DNA from: Mobula birostris
Lineage: Eukaryota
NCBI RefSeq assembly: GCF_030028105.1
Contig: NC_092396.1
Span: 31,499,474-31,563,473, forward strand
Reading direction: 5' to 3'
DNA: 64,000 bases
Positions 48,266 to 61,023 of the stretch are shown piece by piece. The notes below the pieces were generated by a model. The model was given only the letters and a program-made list of their open reading frames with translations, was not told where the DNA came from and searched no databases. How positions within the stretch are numbered: the first letter of the stretch is position 1; each line of letters starts with the position of its first letter. Position numbers and translations under genes: made by a program.

Positions 48266-49093
48266 AGCAGATGTTGCAGGGATTCACACAGATGTACTTT
48301 TATTCTCCTTTTCAAATTGAGCATGAGAGCCGTTGAGCTTGTCTGCGCTCAACGTCAATGCTACTAAGGCATCAGTCTAGGAGGAATAAGTGAATGGATT
48401 TCCTTGCATTGGAAAGAGCATGTTCACATCCGGCTTGCTTCAGTGAGCTGCTTTATGAGAAGTGGTGCCCTAACTCAGAAAATGACAAGGATCTTGCAGT
48501 TCTTCGGACTGCAGTTGGTTAGATCCTCATCATTGGCATGGAAGGAACTGATGATATTGGTTAGCTTTTTCCACCACTGGACCTGAAAGAATTGTGAAAC
48601 TTGTGAATTGTGATATTGGCAAACTCATTTATAATGTTTTGGTTCAAAAAAGGAATAGGACGAGCTTCCTTATAAACTAGCAAAAGTAGCGCAGTGCCTT
48701 TAAAGACAATGTCTAAATCTATGAAGCAATTATAAACAGAAAAAAAATGATGAAGTAATACTTACAAAACTGGTGATCGGTGAACACTGATCAGTGACCA
48801 TCAATGAATCAGTGAACACGTCCAGAAAAGTGTCACAAACAGACCAGTAACATCAAGATCAAGAAGGACCCAGCCACCCTGCTCATGGACTGTTTGTTAT
48901 CCTATCTGAGAGGAGGCTATGTATCATCCACACCAGGACCACTAGGCTCAAAAACAGTTACTTCCCTCAAGCACTAAGGCTGGTCAACACCTCCATTCAC
49001 TATCACTCCCCTCCACACACCCACTAGCACTACTTTATCATTTCCTGTCAGAGTCACCTTATGTACAGACACTTTTGTGCCTAGCATCACTTT

Positions 49094-49775
49094 AGATTAG
49101 ATTATGAGAACACTCAGTCCTCTTTTATGGTCATTTAGAAATGCATACATGCATTAAGAAATGATACAATGTTTCTCCGGAGTGATATCACAGAAAACAA
49201 GACAGACCAAAGACTAACGCTGACAGAACCACATAATTATAACATACAGTTACAGCAATGCAAAGCAATACCATAATTTGATGAAGAACAGACCATGGGC
49301 ACAGTAAAAAAAGTCTCAAAGTCCCGAGTCGATCGACTCCCGAGTCCCTGATAGCAGGGGGCAAAAGGGAGAAACTCCCTGCCATAAACCTCCAGGCACT
49401 GTCAACTTGCCGATACCTTAGAAGCAGCCGACCCCAGCTGACCCTGAGTCCATCCGTCCGAAAACTCCGAGCTTCTGAGCAGCCTCTCCGATACAGCCTC
49501 CCGGGCGCCATCCTCTGCCGAGCGCCTTCGACCTCTCCCCGGCCGCTGAAACACGCAAAGCCAAGGATCTCGGGGTCTTCAGGTCCGGAGGTTCCAGTTA
49601 CCACACAGTAGCAGCGGCAGCAAAGCGGGCATTTCAGAAGTTTTCCAGATGTTCCGCTGTGCTTTCATGTCTGTCTCCATCAAATCAGGATTGTGCACGG
49701 TCCCCCACTTGACAGATAACAGATATTCATCACCGAAGTGGCTGCGCATGTTGTCGTCGCGCCACCATCTTCTCC
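49094..49775 (-). mobile_element. CpG-rich non-autonomous LINE-associated element inserted in a Rex 3' UTR
   Basis: Minus strand starts ggagaagatggtggcgcg and ends in an (ATCTA)n tail; no credible ORF; Rex 3' sequence on both sides. Confidence 0.6.
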
Positions 49776-51199
49776 CCCCTCCCGGGAGGGCACACAATCA
49801 ACCTATGTATATAAGCTATGTATTTGTATTGATTGTATTTTTTTATTATTGTGTTCTTTATCTTATTTGTTTCGTTTTGGTGCTGCATTGGATCTGGAGT
49901 AACAATTTTTTATTGTTCTCCTTTAGACTTGTGTGCAGGAAGGATATCAAACAATCTTGATTCTTGAATAAGTATGGCGGCTGAGAGCTGATTATACATA
50001 GAAAATCTTCTACTTGGTAAACCTACAGATGAAAGGTCCCGTTAGCAGTTACCATAGTGATATGCTCAGCATGACCTTACACTTACCCAAGGATTACATG
50101 GTTCCCAGCAGGCCTCAGATTTCTTTAATATGGAATGCAGAACACAAGGACAGACTATACTTGGGATCTGTGGTGTTTAAAAGGGACTACTTGACAGTTT
50201 GCAGCGAAGTGCCTACAGTTCGCAATTTCTGGCATTCATGATAAAGGAGGCTAACTCTGCAATAGATTTAATCAGTTTTATCAGTCTGGAAGTGATGCAA
50301 TTGTTTCCCCTCTTACTTTATACTTACTCAGTATTATACTAGTATAGTGTGCTAGTATTACTTTGTGACTATATGTGCTATCATAACTACATGTGCTGCG
50401 TGCTGTGTATGGTTGTATGTACTGTGGTTTACACTTCGCTCCCTGAGGAACACTGGCTTGTAAATTTGTATATATGTGTATGGTTGAATGGCAATTAAAC
50501 TTGAATTTCAACTTGAATAGTTTTGGTTCGGCACAGACTAGATGGGTCAAAGGCTTGTTTCTGTGTTGTACTTTTCTATGACTCTATGACTTTATATTAT
50601 CTCTTTGATCAAAGCTTTTGTTTTCCTGTTTCACCTTCATAAAGTATTCTCTTTCTCCTACTTCTCCATTTTCAGAACTCCCTTTCTTTTTGTGATTTAC
50701 TTTGTAATTTTATTCATTTTGTTATTAACCCTTTCCTTTCCTGTGCTGAATGTATCGGTGCAGTGTGAAATACAGGCAGCTTAGTCTCTCTCTCTGGGTA
50801 TCCTGAGACAATGGATATCTAGAGAGTGGGCACACAGCACTCAATGTTCTATCACTTGTATTGTAGGAAATCAAAACTGATATACAGAAAAATGCAGTTC
50901 TCAAAATTTGATCATTTAATCTTGCCACCTTTCACATTTCCTCTGCATTTTAATGTTTGCTTTACCTCTAAATTTTTTGTGTCTTTCGCTTTCACTGATG
51001 CTGTCCGACCCACCCAGGACATCCAATACATTCCATTTTATTTTGTGAAAACACAAAATGGATTTTGAGCACATTATTGAGGGATGACAGCCCAGATTTA
51101 TGTTACGTTATGAGCTGGAAAAGATGATGCATGATGTATTACTGGTTCATTTTCTTTTACTTTGACGAAAAACAAATATTTTGGTTTGAAAGGAATGAA

Positions 51200-52160
51200 A
51201 ACATTTTGCAGAAGCAGAATCAGATTTAATGTCACTGGCATATGCTGTGAGGTTTGTTGTTTTGCGGCAGCAGTACATTGCAATACAGAATAATAAAAAC
51301 TGCAAATTACAGTAAGAAGTATATATATTTAAAAAGTTAAATTAAATAAGTACTGCAAAAAGAGAAAACAAAAGTTTTCAACGTCCATTCAGAAAGCGGA
51401 TGGCAGAGGGGAAGAAACTGTTCCCGAATCGCTGACTGTGTGCCTTCGGGTTCCTGTATCTCCTCCCTGATAGTAGCAATGAGAAGAGGGTACGTCCTGG
51501 ATGATGGGGGTCCTTAATGATAGACATCACCTTTTTGAGGCACTGCTCCTTGATAGTGTCCTGGCTGCTGGGGTGGCAAGTGCACATGAGGGAGGTGACA
51601 GAGTTTACAACTTCCTACAGATGATTTTGATCCAGTGCAGTGCCTCCCCTCCCATACCAGACAATCATGCAGCCAGTTAGAATGCTCTCCATGGAATATT
51701 TGCAGAAATTTGTGAGTGTCTCTGGTGACATACTGAATCTCCTCAAACTCCTCATGAGATCTAGCCACTGTCATGCCTTCCTCGTAACTGCATCGATATG
51801 TTGGGCCCAGGATAGATCCTCAGAGGTAGTGATACCCAGGAACTTGCAATTGCTCACCCTTTCCACGTCTGATCCCTCGGTGAGGGCTGGTAGGTGTTTC
51901 CTCGCCTTACCCTTTCTGAAGTCCACAAACCATTCATTGGTCTTACTGATGCTGAGTGCAAGGTTGTTGCTGTGACACCACTCAACCAGCTGATCTGTCT
52001 TGCTCCTGTACGCCCTCTCATCACCATCTGAAATTCTGACAATGAAAGTTCTGCCATCAGTAAATTTATAAATGACACTTGGGCTGTGCCTAGCCACACA
52101 TTCATGGGTGTAGTGAGAGTAGAGCTGTGGGCTAAGCACGCATCCTTGAGGTGTGCCAGT
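51200..52160 (-). mobile_element. Rex1/Babar LINE RT C-terminus and 3' UTR
   Basis: LSPQLYSHYTHEC, LVEWCHSNNLALSISKT, KFLGIT, IIKDPHHPG..LFSLL.SGRRYR, SFFPSAIRFLN. Confidence 0.9.
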
Positions 52161-52764
52161 GTTGATAATAAGTATATAGGATCTGTAAGGTCTTCACAAA
52201 GATTTGGAATAGTAAGGTGCTCAATGAATGTAAATAATCTTATTCTCAGAAAAATTAAATTGGGCCAATTGTCTTCACTGGGCACCTAAATTCAAACTCT
52301 TCCTGTTAATTTGAAGAATAAATCTTGAAACAACTTGCATCCATACTTTGATAATAAATATACTTTGAATCTTTTGACCTGCCCATACCATGATCTTCTG
52401 TAACGCAAGCCTGCATCATTTGCACATGCATGAAGCAGCACCACTTGGAACTTTGTGTTTATTTACCTTATTTCACATAACTTCCACGAGAGTGAAACTT
52501 ACGCTGCACTACAAATTGTTGGCACCAGAATCTGTGTTGGCATGTATGGGATGTCCCCAGTGCAACATCCATGGGTATGCTGGTTGTTTATGTAAAATGA
52601 TACATTTCACTGTATGGGATAAACAACTCTGAATCTCGGGTAGTGATTTGTAAATTCTGTAAAGGCAAATTTCTATTACCTAATCAGCTGTAACACAAGA
52701 TTCTTCTACACTTATGTTTAAATTTTGATTCACAAGGGGAGATGGGCTGATCTTTTATTAGTTG

Positions 52765-53045
52765 GGCTCGGTAGCATAGTGGTTAGTGTGACGCTATTAC
52801 ATCGCGGGGTGTTCTGGGGATCAGAGTTCAATTCTGGTACCATTCTGTAAGTAGTCCATACATCCTCCCCATGGAATGCATGGGCTTTCCCCCGATGCTC
52901 CCTCCTACAATCCAAAGACATACTGGATAGGTTAATTGTCCTGTTATTGGGTTAGGGTTAATCATGTTTGTTGGGGGTTGCTGGGCTGGGGTGGTGTGGC
53001 TTGAAGGACTGCAAGAGCCTACTCTGCACTGTATCACTAAATAAA
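52765..53045 (+). mobile_element. V-type tRNA-derived SINE, near full length
   Basis: ggtagcatagtggttag (A box), gagttcaattc (B box), core gatgctccc..cctacaatccaaagac, A-rich tail. Confidence 0.75.
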
Positions 53046-54294
53046 CAAATGTTGCCACGGATTTAAGCAAATCACTGGGTTCTTACAGGGTATCTTCAAC
53101 CAACAGTCCAGAGAGGGATTACTTCTGTGAAGATGTGTCGGGTAAATATCCCTGCCAACAAAATAAACATGTTGAGCTGCAAAGTTTGAGGAGATAAGTA
53201 TTCACAACCAATTAAGTACTTGTGAGGTAGATGTGGGAGACAAGACAGGAACTTACACGCTGCTTCCAATCAGTTCTAAGAGTTGATAGAAAATAAATAT
53301 TAGCAAAGTAACTCTGCACTCTTCTCTGAAACAAGATCCATTTTTTTTCTGCTTGCAAGGGTGGATTGTACCTCAGTTTGTCCAAAAGAAAACACCTCCA
53401 GTAGTGTAGCATGACTCACCTAAATGTCAGCCTGGAGAATATGCTCATCCGTCCAAGGCCATACGAATCGTCAAGGCTCAGGAACTTGAAGACTCGTACG
53501 GCCAGATTTGGGAACGGCTTCTTTCCAACTGTGATAAGATTGCTGAACGGATCCTGACCTGGATCTGGGCCGTACCCTCCAAATATCCGGACCTGCCTCT
53601 CGGTTTTTTTGCACTACCTTACTTTCCATTTTTCTATTTTCTATTTATGATTTCTAATTTAAATTTTTAATATTTATTAATCTTTACTATTCTTAATATT
53701 CTTAATATTTAATATTTGTAATTCAGGGAGTGGGAAGTGCAGAATCAAATATCGCTGTGATGATTGTACGTTCTAGTATCAATTGTTTGGCGACAATTAA
53801 GTAAAGTAAAGGGTGAACACTAAGATTCTTCGAGGCCTTGGCTGGATAGAAATTGTGGGATTTCTTTCTACCTTGGTTTTGGAGTCTATATGACTTGGAA
53901 GTTAGTGTCTAGGGATAGGGGCAGTTAGGAATAAGATGAAGAGAAATTTCTTTGTCCTTCGGGTTGTTAATCTTTGCAGTTCTTCACTCAGAGGACCGTG
54001 GAAGCTCAGTCAATGGGTAAATATCCTCAAACCTGAGATCGATAGTTTTCAGTCTCTGTAAATCAGGCGGTAATAGATTGAGAGTGTGGATCTGCAACAG
54101 AAAATCAACAATGACCTTTTGAAAATCAAAAATCTGCAGATGTTGGAAACCTGAGATAAAAATAGAAAATGTTGGAAACAGTCAGCAGATCAGTTAGCAT
54201 AGGTGAAAAGAAACAAAAGAAAAACAACAATGTAAAAGACCTTGCTTTGGAAAAATACTTGAAATACCTGAAACATTCACTCCATCTGCCACAA

Positions 54295-55430
54295 AAGGCA
54301 GAATTTCCTAGTGGCCACCCATTTTAATTCTGCTTCCCATTCCCACATCGACATGTCAGTGTAACGTGAAAGACCAGAAGCGGTCGAAAGCTGCTTCTAC
54401 CAAGCTGGTCATCGATTGGCCTGTTTGAAGGATGCAGCAGCTCTTTCCCGTTGGCTGCCATGTGTGCCATGACACCGTTGTCCAGTTTTAGGCACCTCAG
54501 GGGCTTTCCCTTATCACCAGGCACTCATCTTCACATTGAGGTCACAACCTGTGTTGAAGAACCATTGGGAAAGTGTACTGCAGATATAGGAGAGCCCACA
54601 CACACTTTTAGCTAAGTATCTGTTTATTGAATGTTTAGTTTTGTAGCTGTATAACTTGGGGGGAATTAATGAGATAACTGTTGAGTCTGGAGTGTTACTG
54701 AATGTTTAGTATTGTAGTTTGTTTAATTTAGAATGGCTTAGATGTTTGATCAAATGTTTTACCGTTTGTCTGTCAATAAATTATTGATTTGCTTGTTTGT
54801 AATCATTGTCTTCTGTCTCACTTACCAAACCTGTGAATCTGCTTCCTCGTAACAGTTGGACTGACCTCCTCTACGGTCACAATGAGGCCACGTTCAGGTT
54901 GGAGGAGCAACACCACACATTCTGTCTGGGTAGCCTCCAACCTGATAGTACGAACTTTGATTTCTCTAACTTCTGTAATCTTCCCCCTTCTCTCTTTCTG
55001 CATCACTATTTTGGCTCCCCTCTTGCCCCTTCTCTTCTCTTCACCTGCCCATCATCTTCCTCTGATGCTCCCTCTGCTTCCCATTCACCCATGGTCCACC
55101 GTTCTCTCTTATCGGATTCCATCTTCTTTAGCTCTTACTTCTTCAACTTAAAACCTCCCAGCTTCTAACATTATCCCCGCTCCCTCACCCATCCCCCTTC
55201 CCTCTCACCTGGTTTCACCTATCACCTCCCAGCTTGTACTCCTTCCCTTCCCTCACCCAACTTCTTATTCTGGCTTCTTCCCCTTTGTTTTCAGTCCCGA
55301 TGAATGGCCTCAGCCTGAAATGCCAACTATTTATTCCTCTCTGTAGAGATTGGCTGACTTGCTGAGTTCCTGCAACATTTTAAGAGAGTTGCTCTGGATT
55401 TCCAACATCTTCAGAATCTCTTGTGATTAT
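54295..55430 (+). mobile_element. PLE 3' fragment (GIY-YIG end + pLTR) interrupted by a solo LTR
   Basis: gtggccacccattttaattc...gacatgtc resumes at 54860 as EATFRLEEQH...LGSLQPD; pLTR tail runs to ~55430. Confidence 0.85.
54360..54854 (+). mobile_element. Solo LTR (495 bp)
   Basis: TGTAACG...CGTAACA termini; AATAAA at 54775; flanks gtcag/gttgg; precisely interrupts a PLE. Confidence 0.85.
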
Positions 55431-55699
55431 GAACCTGAAACATTGGCTTTGTTTCTCTTTCCACAGCTGCTACCTGATCTGCTGAGTGTTCCAATACTTT
55501 TCATAATCTGTTGAATAACAATGTGGATTTAAGTGAGTAAGGCATCATAACGTCCTTATGTTCTAATTTATAAACTTAATTGTGGAAGTAATGAGTCTTC
55601 ACCGAGCTACATCAGGCATGGTTTGCATGCTGAAAATTGTCCATTATGCACCTCTGTGAGCAGAAGCTCGAATGGAAGATTCAGCCCAAAGGACAAGCC

Positions 55700-56290
55700 T
55701 AAAATGCTTACAAAAAGTAATGGACACAGCCCAGCCCAGCCCAACACGGGTAAAGCCCCCCTTACCATTGGGTACATCTACATAAAGTGCTGTCCCAGGA
55801 AAGCAACATCCATCATCAAGTCCCCCCAGCATCCAGGCCATGTTCTCTTCTCACTGCTGACATCAGGAAGGAAGTGCAGAAGCCTCAGGACCCACATCAC
55901 CAGGTTCAGGAACAGCTATTATCCCTCAACCATCAAGCTCTTGAACCAAATGGAATAACTTCACTCAACTTCACTCACCCCAACACTAATCTGTTTCAAG
56001 AAACTATGGACATGTTCTAGAACTCTTCATCTTAAGCTCTCAATATTTATTGTCTATTTATTATTATTATTATTATTATTTTGTTTGTTTTTTTTGAATT
56101 GGCACAGTTTGTTGTCTATTGCACATTGGTTGTTTGTCCGTCTTATTGTGTGCATATTTCCCAAAAATTCTATTGTGTTTCTATTTGAATGCCCACAAGA
56201 AAATGAATCTTGGGGTAGTATATGGTGACTTACAGTATGCATATATACTTGAAAATAGTTTGATATTAAATATCCTTTGAACTTTGAAGC
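55700..56290 (+). mobile_element. Rex1/Babar 3' fragment
   Basis: KATSIIKSPQHPGHVLFSLLTSGRK.RSLRTHITRFRNSYYPSTIKLLN; tail ctttgaactttgaa. Confidence 0.85.
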
Positions 56291-57679
56291 CTTTATACAA
56301 TCCATTAACGATAATCACCTACTTCTGCAGTGCTAACATTAGTAAGTAAGGCTCTGAAAGATTAACACCATCAAATCATAATTTATATCACTTCAGGCCA
56401 CTTCCTCTGGACATAGTGGTCTTTAAGACATAAATATTAATTTCCTGACTAGACAGGCTATACTTTATCAGGATATATCTGTCATAAATTAGGTGGTGTT
56501 GCAAGGCTCTGAGTTCAGTTGTTCTGACCTGTTTAATATTTAGTCCAAGGTGACAGGATTAGCTTTTAAACTATTCCATTGTACCATGCACAACCTGGCC
56601 TCTCCTCAGGATTATGACAAACAACCGAAGTCAACATGTCAACTGCAACACAAGTGAGTTTATTCAAGAACCCAGCAGTCACAAGAGACCTACTCTCCAC
56701 ACTCAGTCAGTTCCTGCTGAAATAGCTTCTTAGAATCAGAATGAGATTTGTTATCACTGATATGTCATGAAATCTGTTGTTTTGTGGCAGCAGTACAGAG
56801 CAAGACATAAAAAATACCATACAACAGCACCTCTAGCAGAATAGTGGACAGGAGATTTAATCATCAAAATCAGATTTTAATTTCATTGGCATATGTCGTG
56901 AGATTTATCATTTTGTGGTAGAAGTATGTTGCAAGACATACAAAATAGTATCAGTTACAATTATAAATAAATAAATAAAGAGTACAAAAGATGAATGGTG
57001 AGCTCGTGTTCGTGGGTTCATGGACTTTTCAGAAATCTGATGACAGAGGGGAAGAAGCTGCTCCAAAACTATTAAGTGTGGTTCTTCGAGCTCCTGTACC
57101 TCCTCCCTGACAGTGAGGGTCCTTAGTAACGGATGCTGCCTTCTTCAGGTACTTTCTCTTGAAATGTCCTTGATGGTGGAGAAGGTTATGCCTGTGACAC
57201 AGAACAGTACAGCACAGCAACAGGCCCTGCAGAATAAAGATGTAGACCACTTTCTAAATGGGGAGCAAATTCAGAAATCAAAGGTGCAAAGGGGCTTGGG
57301 AGTCCTAGTGCAGGATTCTCCAAAGGTGAACTTGCAGGTTGAGTCAATGGTAAGGAAGGCAAATGCAATGTTAGCATTCAATTAGAGGGAACTAGAATTC
57401 AAAAGCAAGGATGTAATGCTGAGGCTTTATAAAGCATTGGTAAGACCACATTTTGAATATGCAGAAGAGTTTGGGCCCTTTATCTAAGAAAGGATGTGGT
57501 GACATTGGAGAAGTTCCAGAGAAGGTTCATGAGAATGATTCCAGGAATGAAAGAGCCTCAGATATTGCTACTTCTACCACCAGCTGTGGCAGCACCTCCT
57601 ATGTAACTGCCAGTCTCTGTGTAAAACGCCTGTCTGTCACATCTCCTTTAAACCTTGCCCCATCACCTTCAGGAGACCA

Positions 57680-58870
57680 GAAATGCACACAATACTTATA
57701 AAGTTACACCATGACCTTCATGCTCTGCTGTTCTGTGCTCCAATTAATGAAGGCCGGTATCCCATTTACCTTCTTTTCCACCTTGTCTACCTGTGCCACA
57801 TTTAGGGATCTCTAGATTTGCACACCAAGGTACCTCTGTTTCTCAATACTGCCCAGGGCCCTGCCAGTCACAATGCACGTCCCACCCTTATTGGACCTCC
57901 CAAGCTGGAATATCCTGCTTTTATCGAGATTAAGTTTCTTCTATCTTGGTCTCCTAACCCGTAAGTTTATTAATATTGTTTGGTTACATGAGACCATCAT
58001 CTTTAATTTCAACATCACCACAAATTTTCATGTCATCTGTAAACCTAGTAATCAAACAGTACCTCCTACATTCATATTTAAATTGTTATTGTGGAATGAC
58101 AAACAAGAAATGTTCCAGTACCAATCCCTGTGGTGCCCCTCTGGTCACAGGCTTCCAATCACAGAAGCAACTCTCCACCATCACCTTCTGTCTTCTATTA
58201 CCAAACCAGCCTTAGGTTCATTTTTCCAACTTGCAGTGCAACCTCTGGGCTCTGACCTTTTGGACCTGCTTTCCACAGGGGACCCTAGTCAAAGACCTTA
58301 CTGAAGTTCATGTGGATTAATCAAACATGCTGCCCTCATTACATTACATTATTCAATCACATTATTCACAAAGGATCTCTTAGCAACAAAGCCAGGCTGA
58401 CAGCCCCTAATCAATCCTTGCCTTTAGTGTAGATTTATCCTGTCCCTGAGAACCTTTTCTAGCAAATTCCTTACGCTGATGTTAGACTTGCAGGCCGAGA
58501 GTCACCTGACTTATTCTTTTTGCCCTTTTTGAGCAACGGATCCACCTTTCCTGACCTTCAGTCCCCATTCATCTTTCAACCTCCTTCCTTACCTCCCATA
58601 GGCAGTCTGGAATACATCTCAATCAGCTCTGTGGATTTATCAACCCTTATGCTTATTAAGGCATTTACTATATGTCATCTGTAAACTTAGTAATCGTACA
58701 GTTCCTCCAACATTCATACTTAAATTGGTAATGTAGAATGACAAACAAGAAGTGTCCCAGTGCTAATCCCTGTGGTACGTTACTGGTCACAGGCTTCCAA
58801 TCACAAAAGCAACTCTCCACCATCAACTCTTATTACTAAACCAACCTTGGATCAACTGTACCAACTTACC
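57680..58870 (-). mobile_element. Old CR1 RT remnant with an internal ~200-bp duplication
   Basis: 58031-58230 is repeated at ~58673-58870 (WKPVT.G.PQG...FTDD segment). Confidence 0.7.
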
Positions 58871-60154
58871 AATGTTCCAGAATATCCCTGTCCTCTTCCT
58901 TAAAATCTCCGACGACAATGTCCTTCTCTTTAGTGAGCAGAGCTGAGAGAGGGTGATTATTTGATTGCACTGGTGTTGCAATCGAACAGAAATATCACAA
59001 CAATCTGTTCAAGAGGGACGATATTCTGTACTGAAGCGCTTTTGCTGGTCCCAACAGCAAATTAACTGATGTACGTGCAAGCTTAGTGCACAGTTCATTT
59101 TACCAAAAACACTCAGACTTTACAGACGACATTGAGCAATTAATGCTGAGGGCTCTGTAGTTCATTAAACTGGATGTTTCCTTGGTATTAGGATTAAACA
59201 ACCAAAGTAAACAAAGCCACAGCTGATGTTAAATCCCAAGAAAATCTCATTTCAGGAAGAAATTGCATTTCTCACACGCTGCTGGAGATCCTGGTGCTAT
59301 GTGCTCCATGTGGGAATGACTCAAGACCTCAGTTACCTTTTTCTGAAGCAAGATGTTGGGGTCAAGGATGACTTATTTACACTCCATTTAAGATATGCAT
59401 GAGCCATGGTGGGGCCCAGGTGATCAGCTGGACAGGCGGTGTACTCCTGCCATTCTTGCTGGGCTTCAGTGGTTACTTACTGGGGTTACTTATGAGTAGG
59501 TGAGGAGAGGACAAAATAATTACCTCACTGTGAAACAACTCCAATGAAGTGAAGACTATGGCATGGTAATTTTACCTTCATTTGTGGGAGAGGAGAATGT
59601 GTACAAGACTAATATTTTAATCTTAAATAAGACAACTATGAGATATGAAAGGAAACAGCCATAGTGAACTGGCAGATTAGGTTAAATGATCAGATATTCA
59701 AAGCACTGTGGCAGACGCTTAAGAGGATTTTTTGGAATACCCAGGATAAATAACTGCCAACAGAAGTAAAAATCCAAGCAAAAAATAATCTACTGAAAGA
59801 ACTCAGTGCATCAAACGGCATCTGTAGAAGCAAAAGGATTTATGAGTCAGGAGAATTTCCAAGGTTGGGAAGAAAAGAAGCAGGAAATGTCATGCTTGGT
59901 AGCTTAATATCTGCTGTAGGGAAAATGCTGGAAGACATTGTGGCTGGACCCTTAAAAAAAATCCAAGCAAATAAGACAAAGGTCACATGGTTGAGTGAAA
60001 GGGAAATCACATTTGCTAATTTTATAGGGTTTTTGAAGAAGTAGTACTTGTCATTGTCAAACTGGAGGTGGTGGATGTAATAAACATAGATTTCCAGAAG
60101 GCACTTGATAAGGTGCCTCAACAAAGTATATCACAGTAAATGAAAGGTTATGGA

Positions 60155-61023
60155 GTGGGATGGTGAAACTATGGCACATGTGCCTAAGGAAAAAGGAAAT
60201 TGTCTTTTAAACTCATGAGAGAGCATAGTCCATCAACTTTTTGCTGTTGATGTTTCTGTAGCGGGCAATTTCTTTTTTACGAGGTCGAGTTGCTAGCTGG
60301 ACGCTCAACCCCGCATGGATGGAAAGCGTGCAAGGGAGCTGGCTGGATTTGAACTCAGGAACCTTCGCTCTGAAGGCTGGCGCTGATGCCACTATGCCAC
60401 CAGCCGGCATGTGCCCAAGGTGGCACGTTCGGAAGTTTTGATAGCATGCGGCAGTACTCGTCCCACGTCCCCACTCTTTCACCCAACCCATTATAAAAAA
60501 ATGCATAATGTTTATCTTTACTGACAAATGAAGCAGCAGATGTGTTTTTACAACCCAAGAGCAGTGAGAAATATTCACAGGAAACATCTCACACCAGCTT
60601 GATACCAGCTAGACGGTTTTGCGAACACTTGACATTGGATGAAATGTTTTAAAATCATCGCACACTTGAAGTACAGTACAAATCAGTATTTGGATAGTAA
60701 ATGGTTGCAATAATAATATTATTTAGAAATTTTGTTATTTTCAATTTGTCTTTTTAAATGATTAATATTAATTTTTGAACAGATTTTATAAAATGCTTCA
60801 TTTATTATAATATGTCTGTTATAATTAAATGAATAGTAAAACAATGAATATATGTAAATAAGCAGCAGGGCTAATTCTTTCTCCTTAAAAAAGCTCATAA
60901 TTATTGATACTATTTTATTAATCAGCGATAATCTCTGCTCAAACTTATCACGGCTTGCAAGAGAATTTTTAGAAGATAACTGCCAATTTGGGGACACATT
61001 CTCAAAAGGGTTCGCCACCTCTG
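60155..61023. mobile_element. hAT (Charlie/Buster-type) DNA transposon deletion derivative inside a CR1
   Basis: Left end gatggtgaaactatggcacatgtgcc..ggtggcacg; right end aagggttcgccacctctg (imperfect TIR); CR1 RT sequence is contiguous across it; 8-bp TSD not resolved. Confidence 0.55.
60190..60407 (-). mobile_element. tRNA-derived SINE with 13-bp TSD
   Basis: Minus strand tggcatagtgg (A box) and gagttcaaatcc (B box); TSD catgtgcctaagg (60177-60189) / catgtgcccaagg (60408-60420). Confidence 0.85.

Larger units (their letters stand above)
42810..48600 (-). mobile_element. Rex1/Babar LINE fragment split by the Gypsy insertion (pieces ~42810-43028 and ~48266-48600)
   Basis: Minus strand DKLNGSHAQFEK (~48330) continues into EANIRTSFKTV..KALGSD..GRALRSCSYQLVEVFKDIFSLSL (43005-42810). 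Confidence 0.8.
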
